DNA of 64,000 nucleotides from the NCBI GenBank assembly GCA_938084675.1, contig CALKGM010000012.1:12678-76677 (forward strand). The letters are read 5' to 3'. Numbering within the stretch: the stretch's first letter is position 1; the number at the start of each line of letters is the position of its first letter. Made by a program: the position numbers and the translations under genes. A model generated the notes under the pieces. It saw only the letters and a list, made by a program, of their open reading frames with translations. It made no database searches and was not told where the DNA came from. This DNA is from Candidatus Poseidoniaceae archaeon (lineage in GTDB: Archaea; Thermoplasmatota; Poseidoniia; Poseidoniales; Poseidoniaceae). Positions 10,243 to 19,256 of this stretch are shown piece after piece.

Positions 10243-11937
10243 TCAGAGTTCGAAGATGTCAAGGATGCCGTCGTTATCGTCGTCGTCATCCTCGTGGTCT
10301 TCAATTCCGTCGTTGTCGTGGTCAAATTGACCCGTAAGGGAGTTTCCGTCGTTAACTTCAAACCAGTCCATGAGGCCATCGTTGTCGTCATCGTTGTCGG
10401 TAAGATCCCAGATACCATCGTTGTCATGGTCGTAGCGGTATTGACCGGATGCACCGTCGGCTTCGTCAACATCCAGGATGTCGTCGTTGTCGTCGTCAGT
10501 GTCATCGGCGTCGTTGAGACCATCGTTGTCGTGGTCTCGTGACATGTCTTCGCCCATATCGTTGATATCGTTTCGGTTGTCAATGCCATCGTTGTCGATG
10601 TCGAGGTCGACTGAATCTGAGATTCCGTCGTTGTCGTGGTCGTAGATGTTGGTGTTCGGGTCGCCATCGTTGACTTCCAAGCTGTCGTCGATTCCATCGC
10701 CGTCATCATCGTCATCTTCAGCGTCATCGACGCCGTCGTTGTCGTGATCCATTGGGGAATCATCGATAGAATCGGGGATTCCGTCATTGTCGTCGTCGTT
10801 GTCCACATCGTTAGGGATTCCGTCGCCGTCGTTGTCGTTTTCTCCGTTCTGAGCTTGGTTGTCGAGCTGCTGGCCTTGTTGCTGGTCGGATTGCTGGCCT
10901 TGTTGACCTTGCTGTCCGTTTTGCGTTTGACCTTGCTGCTGCTGGTTTTGTCCGTTCTGGTTTTGTCCGTTCTGGTCTTGGCTGGTTTGGTCACCTTGTT
11001 GGCCGCCTTGTTGGCCGCCTTGTTGTTGTTGACCTTGGCCGTTGTCTTGTTGCTGGCCTTGTTGGCCTTGTTGGCCTTGTTGGCCTTGTTGACCTTGTTG
11101 GCCTTGTTGGCCTTGTTGGCCTTGTTGGCCTTGTTGGCCTTGTTGACCTTGTTGACCTTGTTGACCTTGTTGACCTTGTTGACCTTGTTGACCTTGTTGA
11201 CCTTGTTGACCTTGTCCTTGACCTTGTCCTTGACCTTGTCCCTGACCTTGTCCCTGACCTTGTCCTTGACCTTGTCCTTGACCTTGTCCTTGACCTTGTC
11301 CTTGACCTTGTCCTTGACCTTGTCCCTGACCTTGTCCTTGACCTTGTCCTTGACCTTGTCCTTGACCTTGTCCCTGACCTTGTCCCTGACCTTGTCCTTG
11401 ACCTTGTCCTTGACCTTCGCCTTCTCCTTGACCACCAGCTTCGGATTCGCCACCGCCTTCGGTGCCGCCGTTACCTGTGCCTGCGCCTGACTCGGTAAAG
11501 TCAGGATCGTAAGCATCAGGAATACCGTCACCATCAGAGTCGGAGTATTCACCGTCGTTGGGGTCAGTCGGGAATTGATCGGTTGCATCGGACTTGCCGT
11601 CACCGTCAGTGTCGGAGTTGTTAGGGTTGGTACCCTTAGCATACTCTTGGGAGTTGGACAAGCCATCTCCATCAGGGTCTGCGTTTCCGTCACCGCCGTT
11701 TGTGGGGTTCAATCCGTTAGCAACCTCCCAACCATCGGGGAGACCGTCGCCATCGCTGTCTGCATTGTTCATATTGGTGCCTTGTGTTTGCTCCTCTGCA
11801 TTCGTCAAACCATCGCCATCCCAGTCGGCGCCGCCGTCTGAGGGGTTTAGGGGATCTGAACCGTCGCCTGAAACTGCTGAAACAGCAGATAGGGCAAGGA
11901 ACAAAGATATTAGCACGCTCATCATTTTCGTTTTCAT
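10243..11937 (-). CDS. secreted TSP3/DHDNDG Ca2+-binding protein with a central Gly-Gln low-complexity region, 564 aa
   Basis: Probable start [21 protein letters not shown] (signal peptide) at 11937, not 12030; N-terminal DxDGDG repeats, (GQ)n(GQQ)n middle, five DHDNDG repeats; no C-terminal anchor. Confidence 0.85.
   Translation of the reverse strand: MKTKMMSVLISLFLALSAVSAVSGDGSDPLNPSDGGADWDGDGLTNAEEQTQGTNMNNADSDGDGLPDGWEVANGLNPTNGGDGNADPDGDGLSNSQEYAKGTNPNNSDTDGDGKSDATDQFPTDPNDGEYSDSDGDGIPDAYDPDFTESGAGTGNGGTEGGGESEAGGQGEGEGQGQGQGQGQGQGQGQGQGQGQGQGQGQGQGQGQGQGQGQGQGQGQGQGQGQGQGQGQGQGQGQGQGQGQQGQQGQQGQQGQQGQQGQQGQQGQQGQQGQQGQQGQQGQQGQQGQQGQQGQQQDNGQGQQQQGGQQGGQQGDQTSQDQNGQNQNGQNQQQQGQTQNGQQGQQGQQSDQQQGQQLDNQAQNGENDNDGDGIPNDVDNDDDNDGIPDSIDDSPMDHDNDGVDDAEDDDDDGDGIDDSLEVNDGDPNTNIYDHDNDGISDSVDLDIDNDGIDNRNDINDMGEDMSRDHDNDGLNDADDTDDDNDDILDVDEADGASGQYRYDHDNDGIWDLTDNDDDNDGLMDWFEVNDGNSLTGQFDHDNDGIEDHEDDDDDNDGILDIFEL
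11050..11415. repeat. coding tandem repeats: ~35 GQ dipeptides (6/12-nt unit TGACCTTGTCCT) and ~18 GQQ tripeptides (9-nt unit CCTTGTTG[A/G])
   Basis: Near-perfect tandem arrays visible directly at ~11210-11415 and ~11050-11210; counts approximate. Confidence 0.95.
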
Positions 11938-12080
11938 GTTTTTCACTTTCCTTTTATTTTGGTTGTTTTTACACAGAGAACCCGCTGTTCTCTCTATCCA
12001 AATCGAAAGCGCACGTTGTGGGCAAGTCAATTTGGGATGTGCACGATGCTACGCACTGGTTGGATAAAATTTCCAAGAAA

Positions 12081-12159
12081 AATGTAAGAGATGAGTCTTG
12101 CGCTGGCTCGCAGGCAAGCGAAAACCGTGTTTCGGTTTTCTGTGTGATTCTCTTACATT
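12081..12159 (-). ncRNA. candidate structured cis-regulatory RNA (three-way junction) in the long leader of the GQ-repeat gene
   Basis: P1 AATGTAAGAGA 12081-12091 / TCTCTTACATT 12149-12159; P2 GAAAACCG 12120-12127 / CGGTTTTC 12133-12140; P3 CTTGC 12097-12101 / GCAAG 12114-12118. Confidence 0.45.
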
Positions 12160-12247
12160 GTTGCTTGTTCAAATCCTCCGTATTCATCGTTTTTCACGGG
12201 TCGTTCATAGGGAACCCAATGTTCCCTCTAACCGATAGAACGGCCCA

Positions 12248-12264
12248 ACCCTATATGAAAGGCG
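12248..12264 (-). promoter_or_regulatory. putative promoter box of the GQ-repeat gene transcript
   Basis: Minus strand CGCCTTTCATATAGGGT, 16/17 identical to 10064-10080. Confidence 0.5.
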
Positions 12265-12297
12265 CGATGGGATGTGTCTTCTCAACGATGATGGCAA

Positions 12298-13110
12298 TCA
12301 ATAATTCGACGGCATCTCAGGTGCAGAAGGCAAGAGCAACGAGGCCTGATGATGGAGGACATAGCGTAGGACGGTTTCTGCTAAATCTACGTCGGAAAAC
12401 GAGTGAAGTCGTTCACCGCCATGGCCAGTTGCAGGAGCGAAGAGTTTGATCCCGTAGGGGTTGGCAAGTCTTGAAAGTGCTATTTTTGCAGCACGAACGG
12501 TATTTGAACCTTTGACGCCTTCTTCTGAAAGCCCCATTCCAAGGGAATGAATCAGTTTACCTTGGCGGACTCCGCCGCCACCAGCCATAGCAAGTAGACC
12601 CAGGATGATGAACTGGTCCCGAGTTGTAGCATCCCATCGATGAGGGTCGCCATAAAACCGCTCGGATAAGTCGCCGAGGAAGTCTTGTTGGGCTTTGCTA
12701 AGCGTGTCAGGGTTCAAAGGAAGGATGTCACTTTGGTCCGTATGGGTTGGTTCGTTTGGTAAAATCTCATTGAACGGCGTCCATTGATAGTCTCCTAGAA
12801 TCCAATTATTGAATTTTTTAGATAAAAGCGGGTCGGCACCTCTCCAACTCCAAATACTTCGTTGAAGCATTTCCGGGGCGATCGAATCAAAAACTTCGGG
12901 GGCTTCTTCAGAAAGCGTTCGAAATGCGTCCAACAATTTTTCAAAGTAAAGCTGTTTATCGGCATTCCTTCTGTATTTATTGCTCAGATAATACTCAAAA
13001 TCTGATTCTGGAATCTCGGCGTCTTGTGATGAACGAGAACCTTTCATGTTACTGATGGGGGTGCTCGTTGCTTTTCTTTGTTTTGTCAGTGTGTTTTGTT
13101 TAAATTTCAT
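12298..13110 (-). CDS. hypothetical protein, 270 aa, possible C-terminal winged-helix DNA-binding domain
   Basis: ATG with GAGGG RBS; basic N-terminus; C-terminal helix pattern QFIILGLL...VRQGKLIHSLG...VRAAKIALSR; very AT-rich upstream region. Confidence 0.6.
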   Translation of the reverse strand: MKFKQNTLTKQRKATSTPISNMKGSRSSQDAEIPESDFEYYLSNKYRRNADKQLYFEKLLDAFRTLSEEAPEVFDSIAPEMLQRSIWSWRGADPLLSKKFNNWILGDYQWTPFNEILPNEPTHTDQSDILPLNPDTLSKAQQDFLGDLSERFYGDPHRWDATTRDQFIILGLLAMAGGGGVRQGKLIHSLGMGLSEEGVKGSNTVRAAKIALSRLANPYGIKLFAPATGHGGERLHSFSDVDLAETVLRYVLHHQASLLLPSAPEMPSNY

Positions 13111-13238
13111 TTTTGTCCCTCTTTTCGGGGCAAATCCGTTTTTATTTTACGTTTTTACTCTTTTTTTATTTTATTATGAGCCGTTCATGGAACATTGCCT
13201 GTAAAAATAAAAGTAAGTAAGCATATATGAACTCTCAA

Positions 13239-13769
13239 TCATGCAAAATCCTTACTCATAGAGTAATGTGGACCGATTCCCAGAATCTCATACGGTTCAT
13301 CAATAACTGTCCAACCTTGTGACGTGTAGAACGGCACGGCATGTGCTCTTGCTTGAAGAAACCCTGTTCGGGCAGCGTAAGATTCCACCATGATTCGCTC
13401 AAGTTCGGCCAAAACTTGGCCGGCAAAACCGTTGCGCTGGTGCTGTGGAAGCGTTCCCATCTGACGAATTTGAAATGCGGGACGAGCAGCAGAACGGTCT
13501 GCAAGAGGCCCAAACGCTGGGATTTGAGGCGCCCCCGGGCCCTTGTGGTCGGCTCCTGAACCGTCCGACGCCGGGGGGATGATATGAGCCCGGCCAACAC
13601 AAACTACTCCCTCCTCTACTTCGACCCAAGCGTGGGCTGCCTCATCGTCATCGGCCAAGCGCTCACTCCCGACGGGCATACCTAATGGTTCACGTAACAC
13701 CGCGTAGCGAGTTGAAAAATAGGGCTCATCGGGTAGACCGATGCAGTTTTTGACGGAAGCAGGCACCAT
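13239..13769 (-). CDS. GNAT family N-acetyltransferase (YitI/ElaA-like)
   Basis: RYAVLREPLG, QIRQMGTLPQHQRNGFAG acetyl-CoA motif, LQAR..AVPFY..QGW, GPHY.M.K. Confidence 0.9.
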   Translation of the reverse strand: MVPASVKNCIGLPDEPYFSTRYAVLREPLGMPVGSERLADDDEAAHAWVEVEEGVVCVGRAHIIPPASDGSGADHKGPGAPQIPAFGPLADRSAARPAFQIRQMGTLPQHQRNGFAGQVLAELERIMVESYAARTGFLQARAHAVPFYTSQGWTVIDEPYEILGIGPHYSMSKDFA

Positions 13770-13778
13770 ACATCTCCC

Positions 13779-14678
13779 TCAAAAGCCAAACATGAGAAGA
13801 AGCAAGACAAAGAGGAGGGGCGCGAACAATAATGCTGCGGGGATCGCACAAAGAAGACCAATTCCAAGAGCATTTTTGCCTTTAACGAAGGCCGCAACAA
13901 GGCCTACGACGTAGGCAATCGGTAAAGAACAGAACAACATATCCATAGAATTTTGGTTGTTTGAATAATATTCCTCGTCGGCTTCATAGTCAAAAAACCT
14001 AACATCGATTGTAATTTCCTCTGCAGTAAATTGGGATGACTTGAACCAAAAAGTTTGGTTTTGCGAAGAATAGGCGCCAATATCATTCTCTTCGTAATTA
14101 TTGGTCGATGCGTCTACATATTCTTCCACTATGAGCCGCGATTGGCCATCATAGTACCAACCTAGTCTAATATCTGCCTCGGTTGTGTTATCTTCCAAAC
14201 AACATCCTGACAGATAGTCCATGGACTCTCCATTGTTCATAGAAACCGTTTGAACGAACCACCCGTCTTCATCTGGACTGATCGCATACGATTCTATTCG
14301 AGAAAAGTTGGGATAGTCTTGATTATCGAAAAAGAGTCCGCTCAGAAAAGTTGTTCCGAAGATGACGAGCCACGGAACGGTGATTCCCAGCAAAAATTGC
14401 CCCCATCGGAATCCCACTTTTTGGGGTTGAATTTGAGCAAACTGCTGGCCGCCATAAGATAACGTGTTGACCTGACCTGTGAGTTGATTCGGTGCTAAAG
14501 AGGCTTGAGAAGGAGCAAACTGCGTTGTTGATTGTGTTGGTGCTTGAGAGGCGACTTGCCCCATCACCATGCCGGAAGGAGGAGGGGGGGTGGAATGAAC
14601 TTCGGTTGTCGGACCTTCATCAATTTCGAAAAACGGTTTGTTTTCCACTGGAGAGTTGTCACCTTGGTCTTCGTTCAT
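13779..14678 (-). CDS. hypothetical membrane protein with a P/Q-rich N-terminus, an extracellular domain and ~3 TM helices
   Basis: Hydrophobic segments FRWGQFLLGITVPWLVIFG and two C-terminal helices; start ATG 14678 preferred. Confidence 0.7.
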   Translation of the reverse strand: MNEDQGDNSPVENKPFFEIDEGPTTEVHSTPPPPSGMVMGQVASQAPTQSTTQFAPSQASLAPNQLTGQVNTLSYGGQQFAQIQPQKVGFRWGQFLLGITVPWLVIFGTTFLSGLFFDNQDYPNFSRIESYAISPDEDGWFVQTVSMNNGESMDYLSGCCLEDNTTEADIRLGWYYDGQSRLIVEEYVDASTNNYEENDIGAYSSQNQTFWFKSSQFTAEEITIDVRFFDYEADEEYYSNNQNSMDMLFCSLPIAYVVGLVAAFVKGKNALGIGLLCAIPAALLFAPLLFVLLLLMFGF

Positions 14679-14814
14679 AATGTTCGCAATCAAAATGAGG
14701 GTTTAAACAAATCTCCTGCCGTTAACACCCAAAGACACCCAAGAACCTCAAAAATAAGATACGACCGAGGAACGAAGACGCGTTGAAATAGGTCATGTCG
14801 CTGGCGTGAATCAA

Positions 14815-14888
14815 GCACGGGTGTCGGAGCGGTTACGTCGGGGATTGCAAATCCTCTTACCTGGGTTCAAATCCCAGCCTGTGCTCCA
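14815..14888 (+). tRNA. tRNA-Cys (GCA), CCA encoded, no intron
   Basis: Acceptor GCACGGG/CCTGTGC, anticodon arm GGGGA-TTGCAAA-TCCTC, T arm CTGGG-TTCAAAT-CCCAG, discriminator U then CCA; TTGAAATAGG box at 14783-14792. Confidence 0.95.
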
Positions 14889-14980
14889 AAAACAATCAAA
14901 ACGCCTTCTTTCCATGCGAGAGTTGAAAGCCAAACGGACGACCCGAAGCAATACAGACCGGACTACGGGGGACAAGGATT

Positions 14981-16120
14981 ATGCCTGAACTCAATCCGAA
15001 ATTGGACCTGGTTGGATCAGGTTTTGCAGCATTTCTTGCGCCCCCTGGCCCTGAAGTTGTTCGCTTCACCGTTGGACAACCAGATTTTGACACTCCTGCT
15101 CCAGTGGTTGATGCTGCTAAGGCCGCCCTTGACCGAGGGGAAACCGCTTACACGCGCCCTCAGGGAAGTGAATCGTTGTGCCGAGCCGTTGCTGACCACC
15201 TCAAGAAATTCAGTATCAACGCAGACCCTCATGATGTTGTAGTGACTCCGGGGTGCAAACAAGCCCTACTCTACGGAATGATGGCTACGATTAGCGAAGG
15301 AGACGAAGTGCTCCTCCTTTCTCCCGCATGGCCATCATATGATGGTATGATTCGACTCGTAGGTGGCGTTCCCATTCATGTGCCCGTGAAACGGGAAGAT
15401 TATCACCCCGACCTTGCCGCCCTTCAGGCCCACATTACTCCAAAAACGAAGGCCATCGTTCTCAACTCTCCAAACAATCCAACGGGTGCTGTTTACACAC
15501 GAGAGGAAACTGAAGCCATTGTCAAGATGGCCGTGGAGCATGACTTGTGGATTCTTGATGACATGATATACTCAACGTTAGTCTGGAGCGATGGAGGATA
15601 TACATCGCCCTGTGAATTTGATGGCGGGTCAGAACGAACCGTAACAATCGGAGGGTGGTCAAAAGGTTGGGCTATGACTGGATGGCGCCTTGGATGGATT
15701 ACTGCATCGCCTGAAATTATGGACGGCGTAAAGAAAATCAATGTCAGTTCGGCAACCCACGTCCCTACCTTCCTCATGCCTGCGGCAGAAATCGCATTGG
15801 GGTTAACTGAGGAAATTGATATGATGAACGATTCCTTTAGAGCTCGGAGAACGATGGCGCACGAGGCTTTTTCATCCCTACCAGGGATTGTTGTCCCAAA
15901 ACCAGAAGGGGCGTTTTACATTCTTTGTGACATCACAGGTACAGGTATGACAGACATGGAATTTGCAACCAGGGCTTTGGAAGAAGCAAAGGTTCAGGTC
16001 ATACCTGGTTCGTTAATGGAAGGCGGAGAGGGGCTGATTCGAGTCAGTTATGCAACATCCATTGATACGATTCACGAAGGCGTAGAACGTCTGAAGAATT
16101 GGCTTGAGAGTAGGGCTTGA
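14981..16120 (+). CDS. PLP-dependent class I/II aminotransferase (aspartate aminotransferase-like)
   Basis: GQPDFDTP, NSPNNPTG, DDMIY, GGWSKGWAMTGWRLG (PLP lysine), PEGAFY. Confidence 0.93.
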   Translation: MPELNPKLDLVGSGFAAFLAPPGPEVVRFTVGQPDFDTPAPVVDAAKAALDRGETAYTRPQGSESLCRAVADHLKKFSINADPHDVVVTPGCKQALLYGMMATISEGDEVLLLSPAWPSYDGMIRLVGGVPIHVPVKREDYHPDLAALQAHITPKTKAIVLNSPNNPTGAVYTREETEAIVKMAVEHDLWILDDMIYSTLVWSDGGYTSPCEFDGGSERTVTIGGWSKGWAMTGWRLGWITASPEIMDGVKKINVSSATHVPTFLMPAAEIALGLTEEIDMMNDSFRARRTMAHEAFSSLPGIVVPKPEGAFYILCDITGTGMTDMEFATRALEEAKVQVIPGSLMEGGEGLIRVSYATSIDTIHEGVERLKNWLESRA

Positions 16121-16127
16121 ACTCGCC

Positions 16128-16487
16128 TCATACCAGTTCAACCTGGACGTAGCCTTCGTGTTCGCGAATTGGATATATCTTCAGTTCCTTTTGTTTGGAA
16201 AGTTTACCAATAAGTCTGCCGTAAGCGGGTAAAAGAGGGAAAGGTGACCATTCTTCAATGGCTCCGTCTTCAAGGCGGTGTGTTGTTTGGTGGAGGGGGC
16301 AGCGAATACACCCGTCCTTTATTTTGCCTCCATACGCAAGTGGCCATCTCATATGACGGCACAATGCTTCTGTTGCATGAAGTCCTTCGGGTTGTCGCGT
16401 GACCATGAGCAAGGTTCCTTTCACGGTCAGCATTTTTTTCTTTCCTTCTTTCAGCCGTTTTGATTTTATTGCGTTATGCCATGTCAT
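16128..16487 (-). CDS. Rieske [2Fe-2S] ferredoxin
   Basis: CRH...CPLH ligand boxes; likely start MTWH at 16487, just after the upstream oxidoreductase, with a GGTGA RBS. Confidence 0.88.
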   Translation of the reverse strand: MTWHNAIKSKRLKEGKKKMLTVKGTLLMVTRQPEGLHATEALCRHMRWPLAYGGKIKDGCIRCPLHQTTHRLEDGAIEEWSPFPLLPAYGRLIGKLSKQKELKIYPIREHEGYVQVELV

Positions 16488-16491
16488 GGTA

Positions 16492-17733
16492 TCACCGTCT
16501 TGGTAAGGGGATTTCAAATCGTTCAAGGAGGCGCTCTGCACTTGCAAGCGCGCCTTGGACTGAAGGATGAGCACGATGGTCTCCAATAAGGAACACCCCG
16601 TCAATTTCCACATCGGGAAGAAAACGAGCATGGTGGTTTGGGTCCATATGAGGGAGTGCATGTCGTACAGTCGTTGTCAAGACGTGTTTCCATCCTTGAA
16701 CGCCTGGTCCAAACCATGAGATGAGTTCCCTTTGAATTTCTTCGACCTGTGGGTTAATACCGTCTTCACCAACCAACGTAGCCGTTACAAAATGTTGACC
16801 CGTTGGAGATGGATGCAAATTCGTAGGAACATGAACATGCAGAACTTTCTGATGTTGTTCACCCCACCGCTCATTGAGCAGCAATCGTGCTTGACGGAAC
16901 GGAGGTGCTCCTGCGGAAAACACAAGGGTACTTGTTAGCCGCTCTACGGATTGGTGTTTGGGTGAATACCCAGGTAGGAGTTCAGCGGCAACATGTTGAG
17001 GAGTGGCTAAGATCACCCGGTCAAATTCCAGACGCTCCCCGTTAGCCTCAACCGTATGTTGAGAAACTGAATCTACCTTCGCGTTGAGATGGAGTGTTGC
17101 TGATTTGAGTCGTTGAGCAAGTTGCTGAGGTACAGCGGCAATACCTTTCTTCGGAACAACCATCATCCCATGAGCCATTGCACCCCACGTGAAATCTGCA
17201 AAAGAAAAGCGTTCAGAAAGTGATGGGTCGAGGGTAATTCCTGCGAAGAGAGGTTTGAGTACGCGCTGAGTGGAGGGGCGGAATCGTCGTTGTTGAAGAC
17301 CTGCCGAAATGGTTGGGGCTGCATGGTCCATGGAACGCTCGAGGTCGTTCGATGAGGTTTGCATTCTCCATTTGAAAAACCTCAAGCCGTCACGGATTCC
17401 AACTGCTTTCAGCGTTGGCAGGAGGTACCGAGGGGCCTTTAGGGCGTCGCCCATGATTCGCTTTCGGCCAGACCGAGGATCGATGGAAACCGTACAGGGG
17501 TCCATTGGTTTTGCATCTAATTTGTCAAGGTCAATCCATCGTTTAACCGTAGGATACGCCGTGTGTAGGACGTGAAAACCGACGTCGATGGGGTAGTCGC
17601 CGCAGGCAACAGTACTCATTCGCCCGCCGACGCCATCTGAGGCTTCGTAAACGGTTACTTCGTGTCCTGCGTTTTCAAGGCCAATGGCAACAGCGAGTCC
17701 TGCAATTCCAGCACCGACCACTGCAACTTTCAT
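16492..17733 (-). CDS. FAD-dependent oxidoreductase (amine oxidase / protoporphyrinogen oxidase / phytoene desaturase fold)
   Basis: VAVVGAGIAGL, EASDGVGGR, DVGFH, C-terminal GD...SVQGALASA. Confidence 0.88.
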   Translation of the reverse strand: MKVAVVGAGIAGLAVAIGLENAGHEVTVYEASDGVGGRMSTVACGDYPIDVGFHVLHTAYPTVKRWIDLDKLDAKPMDPCTVSIDPRSGRKRIMGDALKAPRYLLPTLKAVGIRDGLRFFKWRMQTSSNDLERSMDHAAPTISAGLQQRRFRPSTQRVLKPLFAGITLDPSLSERFSFADFTWGAMAHGMMVVPKKGIAAVPQQLAQRLKSATLHLNAKVDSVSQHTVEANGERLEFDRVILATPQHVAAELLPGYSPKHQSVERLTSTLVFSAGAPPFRQARLLLNERWGEQHQKVLHVHVPTNLHPSPTGQHFVTATLVGEDGINPQVEEIQRELISWFGPGVQGWKHVLTTTVRHALPHMDPNHHARFLPDVEIDGVFLIGDHRAHPSVQGALASAERLLERFEIPLPRR

Positions 17734-17737
17734 GCCA

Positions 17738-18469
17738 TCATCCCCTTAGGTTCGACATCCCGCCATCCAAATGAATGATTTGGCCAGTTATGTTGTCGGG
17801 AGCGTTTGTGAGCAACCAGAACATGGTTTGAGCAACCTCGTCGGGCTCGTTGATGCGCTTCAGTGGAATCATTCCAACAGATGCTTCTCTGATCGCATCC
17901 GAACGCAGAACCGATGCCCCGAGGCGGGTTTCTGTGAGCCCGGGGGCGACTGTATTAACCCGAATACCGCGCTGAGCATAGGTAGATGCTGCCGAACGTA
18001 CCATCGCTTCAAGACCTCCTTTGGCTGCTGAAATCGCTTCGTGATTGGTTAGGCCGTAGCTTCCTGCGACACTGGAGGTAAACACCATTCTGCCTGTTCC
18101 ATTTCTGAGCATGGCTTTACCGACTAATTTTAGCATAAGAAACGCAGAAACAAGGTTGGTCTGAATTACAGCCTCAAAATCTTCCAACTTCGTAGCATGG
18201 GGGGGTCGCAAAGCAATGGAGCCAACAAGATGTGCTGCCCCAGATAATCCGTCTTCTGAGCGCCCTTTGGCGTGTTCTACCGCAGATGAAACAACGGCTT
18301 CGTCAAGAGCATCGCCTTCAATGATGTCTGCACCCATATCTTTGAGGTGAGAAATACGGCCTACATCGCGAGCCAAGAGGGTGACGAGGTGGCCGGAATC
18401 CAGCAATTCCTTCGCTAAGATTTGTGCAATATCGCTGCTTCCACCGATCAACAAAAATGACTTTGCCAT
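17738..18469 (-). CDS. short-chain dehydrogenase/reductase
   Basis: GGSSDIA Rossmann motif, SSVA, ISAAK (usual catalytic Tyr replaced by Ile), RVNTVAPG, ITGQ..HLDGG. Confidence 0.9.
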   Translation of the reverse strand: MAKSFLLIGGSSDIAQILAKELLDSGHLVTLLARDVGRISHLKDMGADIIEGDALDEAVVSSAVEHAKGRSEDGLSGAAHLVGSIALRPPHATKLEDFEAVIQTNLVSAFLMLKLVGKAMLRNGTGRMVFTSSVAGSYGLTNHEAISAAKGGLEAMVRSAASTYAQRGIRVNTVAPGLTETRLGASVLRSDAIREASVGMIPLKRINEPDEVAQTMFWLLTNAPDNITGQIIHLDGGMSNLRG

Positions 18470-18557
18470 GTGCCTTTATTTCCGCTATTTGCTTTTATAT
18501 CCCTGTTTTCTAAGCCGGTGAACATTCATTCAAAAGGACGAGGCATAAGAGCGGCAT

Positions 18558-19235
18558 GTGCTAAGAGATTCTCATCCGGCGATTTATGAAACCGTTCGGG
18601 ACGCGCAAAGCATCCATATTCTAGGTGCTGGAATGAACCCTCAGCGACCTGCTCATCAGGCAATTCACGATTTGGATGGGAAGGGTTGGAGGCTTGTTCC
18701 AATCCACCCCAACGACGCCGGTGGTTCCATTCTTGGCAGACCAATACGACCGCTGATTGAAAAAGGAATTGCTCCCCAAGTTGTTGTTTTCTTCCTAGCC
18801 CCAGAGCGCGCCAAGAAAGCCGTCTTAGAACTCATGATCCGTTTCCCCCTGGCTGAAATGCCGCTCCTTTGGTTTCAACCAGGTTCAGAGCATGAAGAAG
18901 TTCTTGAAATGTTGAACGAAGCGGACATCACACACATTGTTGACGATTGTATCGTTCGGTTTGTACAACGCCATCACTTGAAATCGGCTGAACCATACCT
19001 CAACGAAGAATGGTACCTCCAGACAGCTTCCTCAGAAGGAGATGGGTGTTCTGTATGGGAAGTTCATGGACACAACTCGGCAGTTAGCCCACCGGCAGAA
19101 GCGCTTGAATGGGTTGGAGACCTTGATGATTTGAGGGTGTCCGAGCACACAATCCCTCGGTACATACGGTCACTAAAACGCTCTAATGAGTCTTTGAAAG
19201 AAGCCGCACAGCGTCTCGCTGGCGTCGTAAACTGA
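18558..19235 (+). CDS. CoA-binding domain protein (YccU-like) with a C-terminal extension
   Basis: SIHILGAG.NPQRPAH, LVPIHP, LWFQPGS, DDCI motifs. Confidence 0.8.
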   Translation: MLRDSHPAIYETVRDAQSIHILGAGMNPQRPAHQAIHDLDGKGWRLVPIHPNDAGGSILGRPIRPLIEKGIAPQVVVFFLAPERAKKAVLELMIRFPLAEMPLLWFQPGSEHEEVLEMLNEADITHIVDDCIVRFVQRHHLKSAEPYLNEEWYLQTASSEGDGCSVWEVHGHNSAVSPPAEALEWVGDLDDLRVSEHTIPRYIRSLKRSNESLKEAAQRLAGVVN

Positions 19236-19256
19236 CCGTTACACACCTGATGTTTG

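Noticed and set aside
11050-11415. Possible CRISPR array
   Set aside because: Contiguous 6-12 nt units without unique spacers, inside a CDS; no cas genes
10104-11693. Long alternative-frame ORFs (529 aa KVKD repeats; 284 aa LSLT repeats on +)
   Set aside because: Shadows of the stop-free GQ tandem repeat; only the GQ frame has a signal peptide and TSP3 domains
12081-12159. Hammerhead ribozyme reading of the three-way junction on the + strand (GATGAG...CGAAA)
   Set aside because: Core is GAGAUGA rather than CUGAUGA, and the junction into the closing stem is too long
14815-14888. tRNA-Cys as an integration site for an island
   Set aside because: No integrase, and I saw no duplicated tRNA 3' end; flanking genes look chromosomal
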